Assembly: GCA_005191425.1 (NCBI GenBank)
Contig: SUPR01000048.1
Location: 1-25,323 of the forward strand
Direction of reading: 5' to 3'
Source: Candidatus Helarchaeota ASGARD archaeon Hel_GB_B
GTDB lineage: Archaea; Asgardarchaeota; Lokiarchaeia; Helarchaeales; HEL-GB-B
DNA: 25,323 nucleotides
Shown here piece after piece: positions 9,331 through 18,228 of this stretch. The translations under genes and the position numbers were made by a program. The notes under the pieces were generated by a model, which was not told the origin of the DNA, ran no database searches, and worked only from the letters and a program-made list of their open reading frames with translations. Within the stretch, counting starts at the first letter, position 1. Each line of letters begins with the position of its first letter.

Positions 9331-10224
9331 ATGGACGAGATTGACATTTTTTATGATATGGAAACAGGAGACCCGGATGATCCGATAGCAGTATTAATGC
9401 TTGCGTGTAATAAAAGAGTGAAATTAAGGGGGATCAGTATATATCCAGGTTCTAAGGACCAAGTAGGATTTGTGAAGACAATGCTTAAAAATATAGGCTT
9501 AGATGACGTATTGGTAGGGAGTAGAGACCCGAGATCTCCATTAAAGGGCCTCCAAACTTCAAAAATTTATAGAATATTTGCATGCGGGGATTTTAGTTCG
9601 GTGGAGCCGGATGGATTAGGGCATGAAATTTTAGCAGAATTATGCGCCAAATATCCCCGTGGACTGCTAATATCAGGTGCACCATTGGGAAATATATACG
9701 ACCTTTTGACCTATCACCCAGAAATTAAATTTGACAAGATGTTTGTTCAGAGCGGATTTGCAGGCGTTAATTGTATACCAATAGAGCGACAGCACCCTCG
9801 ATATAAGGGGTTAGAAACTTTTCGAGCGCATAATTTCGACTTGTATTTAGAAGGTGCCTGGAAGTTCTTAAATTCACCTAATATTGAGAAAAAATATTTA
9901 ATTTCAAAAGATGTCACTCATTTTGTAATTTATGACCATGAACTTCATAAATTGGTCAAAAAGAAAACAGCAGAGCACCCTGCGTGGCGTCTTATATGGG
10001 ATTCTATGGAATATTATCTTAAGAAACATTCAAGAGGAAAAATATTACATGATCCATTAGCGGTATGTGCAGCAATTAATCCAGAAATAATAAAATTTCA
10101 AGAGGTTAAATGTTTTTATAAAAACAGAGGTTGGGGAAGTATACCGATAAAAGGGACGAATATTTTTATATCCGTAGATTTAAATTATGAAGAATTTTTA
10201 AAGGTTTTTTTAGGTGAAAAATGA
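9331..10224 (+). CDS. Inosine/uridine-preferring nucleoside hydrolase family protein
   Basis: N-terminal Asp cluster DMETGDPDD (DxDxxxDD-like), GAPLGN segment and C-terminal LHDPLAV motif; 297 aa. Confidence 0.9.
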   Translation: MDEIDIFYDMETGDPDDPIAVLMLACNKRVKLRGISIYPGSKDQVGFVKTMLKNIGLDDVLVGSRDPRSPLKGLQTSKIYRIFACGDFSSVEPDGLGHEILAELCAKYPRGLLISGAPLGNIYDLLTYHPEIKFDKMFVQSGFAGVNCIPIERQHPRYKGLETFRAHNFDLYLEGAWKFLNSPNIEKKYLISKDVTHFVIYDHELHKLVKKKTAEHPAWRLIWDSMEYYLKKHSRGKILHDPLAVCAAINPEIIKFQEVKCFYKNRGWGSIPIKGTNIFISVDLNYEEFLKVFLGEK

Positions 10225-11085
10225 TATTACAAGGCATTTTTAAATATTTTATAAAGTTTAATCCATTAATCATAAGAATTACAGCTTTTAGTCTATCTTA
10301 AAAAATATTTTCCATGAGAAAAAACCCGACTTTACTATAGATTCGTATAATTCAGGAATTAATAGACATTCGACGTCCAATTTTGGGTGCATCTCTTTGA
10401 CCATATTTTTTATAATAAATATCCCACAACTTTACAAATAGCCGATATTTGTTGGACATGCCTAGCAACTTTTTTCATACTTTTTAAGTTTTCACAATTA
10501 AAAGCTTTAAAAATTATGTCTCCATTATCAGATATTTTTTCAATTTTGTACACAACAGAAAATCTTTATAATTATATTAACACCAATAATTTATCTCAGC
10601 TTCAAATATAACTTTAACTCGCATAATATAAAGAGAAAAATAGACAAAATACTTCTGTTAATAACCGATCATAGATATTATTATTGTAAGAATTGGTATG
10701 TACCATGCTTCGCTCAAGCTTTAAAGCCCTAGCCTACCTGATACTAACTTGCTGAGGCTAATTATGTACCATATTTAAAACATCTACTTTACTATGCGAA
10801 AATCTCTAGAGCCGGCTAATAAAATGCTTAAATAGATAATAGACTACCTTAATTTAGCAATAGTGCCTATTTATCTTTTGTTTAAATTTGTAAATATGTG
10901 TAAAAAATTAAAATCTGAATTGCCCCTTTTAAAAAACGCAAACTCTATTTCGACATCTGGATTTACAAAAACTCATTGTAAGCGTTATAAAGAAATTTTT
11001 AAAAATGATTATTTAAATTGTAAATTACTATCATTATTTTCCAAAATCGGATAAATTTAATCTATATATTTGATATTAGATATTT

Positions 11086-12300
11086 ATGGAGAATAAGAAA
11101 ATGGAAAATATCCCTCAAAATGAAAGGCTATTTTTAGAAGATTTACAATTGGTAATAGGAAAGCCTATTCCTAAAGTTTCAGAAGTAGGTGATGAAACAT
11201 TTGGATATGTTATCAAAAAGGGACACATAACTGAACTAGGATTACATAAAATTGAAGCTAAATCTTTACCTGAAACAATAGGTGAATTACAGTTCCTTGA
11301 AAAATTGAATTTACGCCATATGCTCCTTAGTAAACTTCCAGATAATTTGTCCAATCTAAAAAATCTTAAATATCTTAACTTGAGTGTAAATAGCTTTTGG
11401 TCCTACCCTGAATGCGTAGATAACTTGGAAAAACTGGAGTACCTTTCATTATATAATTGCACAAGCTTAAAAGATTTCCCTTTTTCAATAAATTTACCAA
11501 ATTTAAAAACTTTAGACATGAAATATACAAAAATAAAAGCCGTGCCAGAAATGATACAATATCTAACCTCCTTAGAATACCTCGACCTCTCAGTTAATTC
11601 CTTAACTGAATTACCAGATTTTATCTCCAATTTACGATCATTAAGATTTTTAAACTTAAAATCTAATTCATTAACTCAATTTCCATCTTCAATTTGTAAC
11701 CTGACATCATTAGAAGAGCTAAACCTCGCTAATAACCAAATTTCCGAAATTCCAAATTGTATTGAGAATTTAAAATCACTTAAAAAATTATATCTCGGAG
11801 CAAATCGAATAACGCATATTCCAAGTGCTATAGGTAATTTGACTTTGCTAGAAGAACTAAATATCAGCCAAAACCCATTAACTAACCTCCCAGATGAATT
11901 CGGTAACTTAAGGTCCCTTACCGGACTGAATGCCGCCCTATGTAAATTACAGAAATTGCCCGATTCATTCGGTAATCTTACTTCCCTAAAGTTCTTATAC
12001 GCTTATTCCAATGAACTAAATGAATTACCTGATTCATTTGGTAATTTACGATCACTTGAATTACTAGACTTACACAAAAATAAACTAACTAAATTACCAG
12101 ATAACCTCGGAAATCTTGAATTTCTCGAACAATTTGATGTTGCTAATAACCAACTTAAAGAACTACCACTGTCGATCATTAATTTAAACAAACTAGAAAA
12201 ATTTTTCCTTGAAAATAACAAAATTAAAAAAATCCCAAAAGATATTAAAAAATGGATCAAAACTATGGAAAAATTAGGACACACTATTAAATTTAAATAA
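11086..12300 (+). CDS. Leucine-rich repeat protein
   Basis: N-cap (ERLFLEDLQLVIGKPIP...FGY...ITELGL), about 14 repeats of LxxLPxSxGNLxxLxxLxLxxN, C-cap IKKWIKTMEKLG. Confidence 0.95.
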   Translation: MENKKMENIPQNERLFLEDLQLVIGKPIPKVSEVGDETFGYVIKKGHITELGLHKIEAKSLPETIGELQFLEKLNLRHMLLSKLPDNLSNLKNLKYLNLSVNSFWSYPECVDNLEKLEYLSLYNCTSLKDFPFSINLPNLKTLDMKYTKIKAVPEMIQYLTSLEYLDLSVNSLTELPDFISNLRSLRFLNLKSNSLTQFPSSICNLTSLEELNLANNQISEIPNCIENLKSLKKLYLGANRITHIPSAIGNLTLLEELNISQNPLTNLPDEFGNLRSLTGLNAALCKLQKLPDSFGNLTSLKFLYAYSNELNELPDSFGNLRSLELLDLHKNKLTKLPDNLGNLEFLEQFDVANNQLKELPLSIINLNKLEKFFLENNKIKKIPKDIKKWIKTMEKLGHTIKFK

Positions 12301-12324
12301 TTACAAAAAGAAAGTGTACAAAAA

Positions 12325-13260
12325 TTGCAAAGATTGTTCGAACAAGAAGAAAAAATCATTAGGGAACTCGAAAATTTTCTGGACGAACCCCTCCCACTTA
12401 TCCCAGATGTAATCTATAATAGCTTCGGTTATACCATGGAAAGCCGACATGTAGTAAAAATTGGACTCTATAATAAAGGATTAAATTCAATACCTACTTC
12501 AATTGGAGAACTACCCATGTTAAGAACCCTAAATTTACGCGAAAACCACCTATCAGAATTACCTCACTCTTTCCAAAACCTAAAATCTCTAAAAACCTTA
12601 ATTTTTTCTCACAACAATTTCACTTATTTCCCTGAACCAGTTTGCTATCTTGAAAATCTATCAAACTTAAACATTAACAATAACAAAATAAAAGAACTTC
12701 CTGAATCCTTTGGAAACCTTGCTAACCTTAAAGAATTTAACGCAAAATCCAATGAATTAATAGGTTTCCCTCAATCAATCGGTAATTTGAAGTCTTTAAA
12801 ACTTTTGGACGCTAGCTCCAATAAAATTGAATCCCTACCCTCTAACTTCCCAAAATTAGAACGACTCCAAAAATTATACCTGAATTCTAACTCATTACAA
12901 TTCCTCCCAGAAAATTTTGGTAACCTAATTAGCCTAAAAGAATGTATGCTGCAAGAAAATCAACTCTCTAAATTACCTGGTTCATTTGGACTTCTTAAAA
13001 GGTTACAAACACTTAAATTGTCTAATAATAACTTGACAAACTTGCCTGAATCACTCGGAAATTTGATTAACCTAGAAGTATTATATATCGACCACAATAA
13101 TTTAACAACTCTCCCGGACTCCTTTTGTAATTTAAAAAAACTCCACACCCTTATACTTAAAAATAATAAATTCACCAATTTCTCTCCTGAAATAAAAAAT
13201 TGGCTGGAATCACTTTTCCGTGATAGAAAAATTCTCAGCTTATTGAACTTGGATATTTAA
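12325..13260 (+). CDS. Leucine-rich repeat protein, paralog of and in frame with the upstream LRR gene
   Basis: Same N-cap type (EEKIIRELENFLDEPLP...FGY...VVKIGL), about ten 23-aa LRRs, C-cap IKNWLESL. The start is TTG only. Confidence 0.9.
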   Translation: MQRLFEQEEKIIRELENFLDEPLPLIPDVIYNSFGYTMESRHVVKIGLYNKGLNSIPTSIGELPMLRTLNLRENHLSELPHSFQNLKSLKTLIFSHNNFTYFPEPVCYLENLSNLNINNNKIKELPESFGNLANLKEFNAKSNELIGFPQSIGNLKSLKLLDASSNKIESLPSNFPKLERLQKLYLNSNSLQFLPENFGNLISLKECMLQENQLSKLPGSFGLLKRLQTLKLSNNNLTNLPESLGNLINLEVLYIDHNNLTTLPDSFCNLKKLHTLILKNNKFTNFSPEIKNWLESLFRDRKILSLLNLDI

Positions 13261-13499
13261 ATTCTGATTTTTCAAACCCACCTACTATTTTACTTCTTAT
13301 TATTATGAAATTTTTGATTTTAAAAGTAATAAGACCCTTTTTTATCTAAAATATTCAGATTAAATTATTGATTAAATTCGGATTTTATACATTTAAAGAT
13401 AAAAATAAATCAGCAAAATTACAAAATGATTTAAATTTAGAATTTAACAGAATAACCTTCTACTTTAATACTATCAATTTTATGGACGATATAATTATT

Positions 13500-13670
13500 A
13501 TGAAAATGTAATATATTCCCAGTTCAGTTAATATTCCACTTAAACGAGGAGCTGGAATTATAGCAGGGGTATATGGATTATCTAAAGAATTAGCAAAATA
13601 TAACAATATAATTTTAATTATAAACTATCCATTAACTAATTAACATAGAAATGTTGTAATTAAAAAATAG
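13500..13670 (+). pseudogene. N-terminal relic of a GT-B / GT4-like glycosyltransferase
   Basis: MKM*YIPSSVNIPLKRGAGIIAGVYGLSKELAKYNNIILIINYPLTN*HRNVVIKK* matches the MKIL...P..GG...v..LakeLak..h.V start of GT4 enzymes. Stops at 13509-13511 and 13641-13643. Confidence 0.55.
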
Positions 13671-13750
13671 AAAATGAAACTTTTTTAATTAAAATTAATC
13701 GTCCACTGTTATTTATTTTTAATTATGCGAATATAAGTTAGATTTCAAAA

Positions 13751-14389
13751 TCATTCCTCTGTATTTCTATTGTATATTATTTTTATTACTGTGGAACTGA
13801 TTAAGAACGCAAGAGAAATTAATTCAATTGTTAATAAGATAGGGATTAAAGAGATTCCGAACGGTGTAAAATTAAATATAAGACCAATTAAGACCACGAT
13901 TACAATACTCAGACCGATGCTTAGTCCAAATGATTGTAAAGTATCAAGGTCTTTTTTATTATAAAAAAGTAGAGATAATAATAAATAACCAGGTAGAAAT
14001 AAAGTTATAATAGTTCCAAAAATTATTCTTAGAATTCCAAGAAAAAGGTACCAAAGATTTTCAGAGTAGATTGAATTTTGAGGGACATAAAGAACTAGAA
14101 GGAAGGAAATTACAATAATTATTAGACTTAGCCAGAATGGTAATGAATTTTTGTTCAAAAAATAATTGATAATGGGATTTTTAGGTGTTTGGTACCTGGG
14201 TATTATAATTTTGGATATATCAATAAGTTTTTGATTGTCCATATCTTTAATGCAATTAATTACCTGATTTTTAGAATAATTATATTCCGAATTAATTTTA
14301 GAAATGAGCTGTTTTATTGTTAGGTCCTTATTATTTTTAAGAATATTAAAAATAATTTTAGAGAGTTTGGGATCGTTTTTATTTTTCAT
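13751..14389 (-). CDS. DUF1616-like membrane protein with N-terminal HTH-like domain
   Basis: LFLPGYLLLSLLF...LDTLQSFGLSIGLSIVIVVLIGLIFNFTPFGI is the DUF1616 signature. The N-terminal 60 aa (IFNILKNNKDLTIKQLISKI...QVINCIKDMDNQKLIDI) look wHTH-like. Confidence 0.85.
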   Translation of the reverse strand: MKNKNDPKLSKIIFNILKNNKDLTIKQLISKINSEYNYSKNQVINCIKDMDNQKLIDISKIIIPRYQTPKNPIINYFLNKNSLPFWLSLIIIVISFLLVLYVPQNSIYSENLWYLFLGILRIIFGTIITLFLPGYLLLSLLFYNKKDLDTLQSFGLSIGLSIVIVVLIGLIFNFTPFGISLIPILLTIELISLAFLISSTVIKIIYNRNTEE

Positions 14390-15158
14390 GGAAATCGTAC
14401 TACAATTTATAGTTATTTTATGATATAAATTAGGTCAAGTTTTTTAATAGGATTTTTGTTATGTTAATTTATCAGCAAATTGATATTTAATTTTTAAATT
14501 TAGATATTAATTGTTTTTAATACAATTAATATAAATCAAGGCGGAATTATTATTTAAAATGTTTTTAATAAGTTGTTTTATGATATAAACAAAAAAATAA
14601 ATATCTTAAAAAGTTTTAATAAGTTTATTAGGATATGGTTTTTAATTAATTGGTAAAGATATAATAATGGTAATATTATGAGAGGAGTGTAAGACATATA
14701 GGTTAATCAAGTTATTAAACTCGAAGTATTAAGAGGTTTGGTGTCTATAGGTTTGTTAAGGAGTTCAGATATTTCGAGAATGTTTTATAGTAAAGGGAAT
14801 TACTTAGATTTGTCATCCTACATTAAGTTGAGCATCTATTATGATAAACAATTTAATTAAGATATGACAAGAAGTTTAACTTGACGGTCTGTAAGAATAT
14901 CAAGGTTATGTGGGATTTAGCAGAATAAAAGATAGGTTAGAAATAAAAAGTCAATTAATAGGTATTATTTTTTAATGTTTTGACATCGATTATATTCTTT
15001 TATTTATATGAGTGTTTATTTTTTGGATTAATCTTAAATTTTTTTTATTTTTACAATTCAAATTGATAAGTTTAAATAATATTTTTGTATAAGATTAGAT
15101 ATAATAATCAATAAAAAGTATTAATTTAAGGATAAAAGAATTGGGGAGAGTAAAAGAA

Positions 15159-16148
15159 ATGAAATTGGATAGAAAGTCGAGTTCAGAGAAGGTAAGATGC
15201 CTATTTAGAGAATTTCAAGAAGAGATATCAGGTCCAGGAGATTTTAAAAGGTTTAATAAGATATTAAAGAGAAATTTTTCAAAAAAAGAGATAAGGAAGA
15301 AAGGAAGATGTTATATAAAAAAAATATTTTTTAAGGTATTTGAAATAGCGATAGAGAGAGATAGTACATTTAGGAGTGCAAGGTTAGTTTTAGATATGTT
15401 TTTAGCCAGGATCAAGCGGGATTGCGGAGTAAAAGTATATATAAGATTGAGAAAGCAGATGAATAAGACATTTCCGAGATTTTTTAAAAATATAATATTT
15501 GAGAAACATAAAATTTACAAAGATATTCCGATATTTAAGATATTAGAACAATTTCAAGAAGTTTTTGGAGATATTTTTGTTGTGCCAAGAGCTAATGAAA
15601 TTAGAAACGCAATCCAAAATGAATGTAAAAAAAGAGGGTTAATGAGGATATTTAATAAAGAAGAATTAATGGAACAATTGGATAAGAGCGATAAATTAAT
15701 AATTTTAATGGATTCATGTTTTATTTTAAGTTCATTCGGGGAAAATAAAGAAGAATTAATGGAATATATGAAGGAAAGTGGGGACAAAATGGTATTTTTA
15801 ATCACGGCAGAGATTTTTGATGAGATAACATTTCATATTGAAATTCTCGATAGGACTTTTTTAAAATTTATGAGATTTGTTTTAATATGTGATGTAAATA
15901 AAGAGCAAATTTTGAATTTGAGAAGAAAAGTTTTAGGTTGCAAGAAATTAAGGAAAGTATATTATAAGCACAATAAAAAAGAATTTATGAATGAGCTGTC
16001 GCTTGTTGTATTGGGTAATGATTTAAAGGGATTTTCATATGTAGTAGTTACACATGATTATAGTTTGTTAGAGGTCTTTAATTATTTTGGTATTTCCTGT
16101 TCATACCAAATGGGAGGAATTGCAGATAAGAAATTGATTACAAATTAA
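15159..16148 (+). CDS. Protein with a C-terminal PIN-like domain
   Basis: LIILMDSCFI, ITAEIFDEI, NELSLVVL and VVVTHDYSL follow PIN motif order. Basic helical N-terminal half. ATG 15159 preferred over TTG 15141 because GGGGAGAG precedes it. Confidence 0.7.
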   Translation: MKLDRKSSSEKVRCLFREFQEEISGPGDFKRFNKILKRNFSKKEIRKKGRCYIKKIFFKVFEIAIERDSTFRSARLVLDMFLARIKRDCGVKVYIRLRKQMNKTFPRFFKNIIFEKHKIYKDIPIFKILEQFQEVFGDIFVVPRANEIRNAIQNECKKRGLMRIFNKEELMEQLDKSDKLIILMDSCFILSSFGENKEELMEYMKESGDKMVFLITAEIFDEITFHIEILDRTFLKFMRFVLICDVNKEQILNLRRKVLGCKKLRKVYYKHNKKEFMNELSLVVLGNDLKGFSYVVVTHDYSLLEVFNYFGISCSYQMGGIADKKLITN

Positions 16149-16354
16149 TAAAAATAAATAGTAAATATAAATTAAAATATTTTTAAAGTTAATTTATAAT
16201 TTTAGAAGGTCGGGAGGGTATAATAGAGATTTTATCAAATTTTTGTATCAATTTCAATATTAAGGGGTTAGAAATTTGTCCTTAAATTTCAAATTTATTT
16301 GAATTTGGGTATTGGAGTAATTATTTCATGAGATTAGATTTTCAATTACGAATA

Positions 16355-16381
16355 ATATTAGAGATATTAGAGATATTAAAG
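16355..16381. repeat. 9-bp tandem repeat ATATTAGAG x2 plus ATATTAAAG
   Basis: Read directly in the intergenic sequence. Confidence 0.6.
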
Positions 16382-16585
16382 AAAATAGAAATAATAAAAG
16401 AGTGGAAAAATTATATAGATTTAACAGAAATAGAGAGTTCCCGTTAATTATTAAAATTTTAAAATGGATTAGAAACGAGTGATCAAAAATTTCAGATATT
16501 ATTTAAAAATTTAGTAGATAAATAATAGTCGAAATAATAAGCGATATTATGAAGTTTTAAGAAATTAGTGTAAGAAATTTGCAAG

Positions 16586-17415
16586 ATGGAGTAAAAAGAA
16601 AAAAGATACAGAAAGGACAATTATAGTAGTTGCGACAGTAATATCAATAGTTATTGGAGCTTTAGTAGTAAGTAGTATTTATTATTATAGCGATAATACG
16701 AAATATTTCTATGAAAATGATTTACCAGCGGAAGAGATGCCAATACTTGCATTATCAATTCAAGGTTCAAGTGATATAACCCCACAGAGACTGAAAATTG
16801 CGAATAATGAATATGATTATATTGTGACCACATTACTTAGTACTGAAGTTAGAGATTCTGTTATTGAACCCAAGCTGCTTTTATATCATTCAATACAGGG
16901 TATTTGGGAGGGACAAACAACGTTTAATTGGACTTTTATCAATAAAAATGAAAATATGTTTATGCACGATAATAATGACCGGATATTAACAATTTATAAC
17001 AATTATTTAATGAACGTATCATTTTGTAAAGCCATCAAATTTGGATGCTTTAAATCATTGGGTAAATTATTATGCCAATACATCAGCGGGGCAGGTAATT
17101 CAATATAATTACGATGGGCTTTTTATGGACTGTGCAGCACATTGTTTGAGCACATGGGTAACTAATGGAATAATCCCAAATGGTTATAATCATTCAGATT
17201 GGTTTAATGGCGTATATAATGCAATAAATTATACCAAGTCCTTATTGAAGGACAAAATTTTAATTTATAATGGAATACACAGTGATTGTGAGGAAAAATA
17301 CGATTCGAAGGCAAGATATCTAAAAATAGTAATAATAGAGATACACAAGTATAAAAAAATAAATTTTTATATGAAATTTTTTAAAAAATATATGATGAAA
17401 AGAAATGGTAATTAA
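16586..17415 (+). pseudogene. Frameshifted, truncated membrane-anchored putative glycoside hydrolase (GHL15-like TIM barrel)
   Basis: Frame of 16737 is open upstream through a signal anchor (KKKKDTERTIIVVATVISIVIGALVVSSIYYY); the nearest ATG (16586) is out of frame. NENMFMHDNNDRILTIYNNYLMNVS shifts +1 near the T4 run at 17022-17025 into FVKPSNLDALNHWVNYYA...YDGLFMD...KILIYNG. Sequence becomes low-complexity afterwards. Confidence 0.65.
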
Positions 17416-18163
17416 AATTGGAGACATTAATATTTGGATTAGCAGATATTACTCAGGCGATATGACAGCATATATATTTACGATTATTATTTTAGTTGTT
17501 TTAGGAATAATCGTTCAACATAAATTAAAAGACAGCAGTTTCAATAAAATTTTAGTATTTTCTTCATTTTGTTGGTTTATTATAGAATTTATTTTACAAG
17601 ATACAGGTACGAGAACTTGGTATACGCCACCTACTATATTTAATATCCCAATCTATTTCCCTTTAACAGCAATTCTTCAAGGCCCAGTAGAAGGCGGAAT
17701 ACCGACATCTCTTGGATATTTGTGTGCAAAATTTGGATATAAAAAACAGTATTATTGGTTTATATTTTGTTTGGGTTTGTCTATTTTTTTCAGTTTTGTC
17801 TTTATATTTGGTATTGGTTTTTCATCTTTTTCTCAAATGACCGTTAATCATAGAGTCTTAAATATCTGGAGTATTGCATTTATTATTAGCACAACTACTA
17901 TTGCACTATTAATTTCTTTAAAATTATTCAAAAATCGTAAGTTTTCTTTTATTGTATTCTTTTTTACTGCATTTATGGGTATTATGATCAATTTAATCAT
18001 GTATTTTTCAGGATTAAGAAATATTGAATATGCAATTCCATTTGATTTGGGTACAACTTCAACTACCTTTTTTTCGTATCCTTTAGGAATTGCTTTATTA
18101 GCCCTACTTTATGATGGAATTTTTGAATTTGGTGGTATTTATTTATTTATTTATATTATATGA
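17405..18163 (+). CDS. Polytopic membrane protein of unknown function with a two-fold internal repeat
   Basis: About 7 hydrophobic segments; the two halves each carry a GxR motif and a later ExG/EGG motif. Confidence 0.8.
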   Translation: MVIKIGDINIWISRYYSGDMTAYIFTIIILVVLGIIVQHKLKDSSFNKILVFSSFCWFIIEFILQDTGTRTWYTPPTIFNIPIYFPLTAILQGPVEGGIPTSLGYLCAKFGYKKQYYWFIFCLGLSIFFSFVFIFGIGFSSFSQMTVNHRVLNIWSIAFIISTTTIALLISLKLFKNRKFSFIVFFFTAFMGIMINLIMYFSGLRNIEYAIPFDLGTTSTTFFSYPLGIALLALLYDGIFEFGGIYLFIYII

Positions 18164-18228
18164 GCAAAAATTTTTAAAATAAAGGAAATATAGAATAAAA
18201 AATTAAAAATATTTTCTACTTTCTAAAA

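Noticed and set aside
10730-10761. TAGCCT...AGGCTA inverted repeat as an ncRNA
   Set aside because: Only a 6-bp stem with a long loop; expected by chance.
168-13643. Stop-codon reassignment suggested by several in-frame TAA codons
   Set aside because: TAA ends many intact genes here (e.g. 6529, 9082, 13260, 16148), and the relics also contain TGA, TAG and frameshifts.
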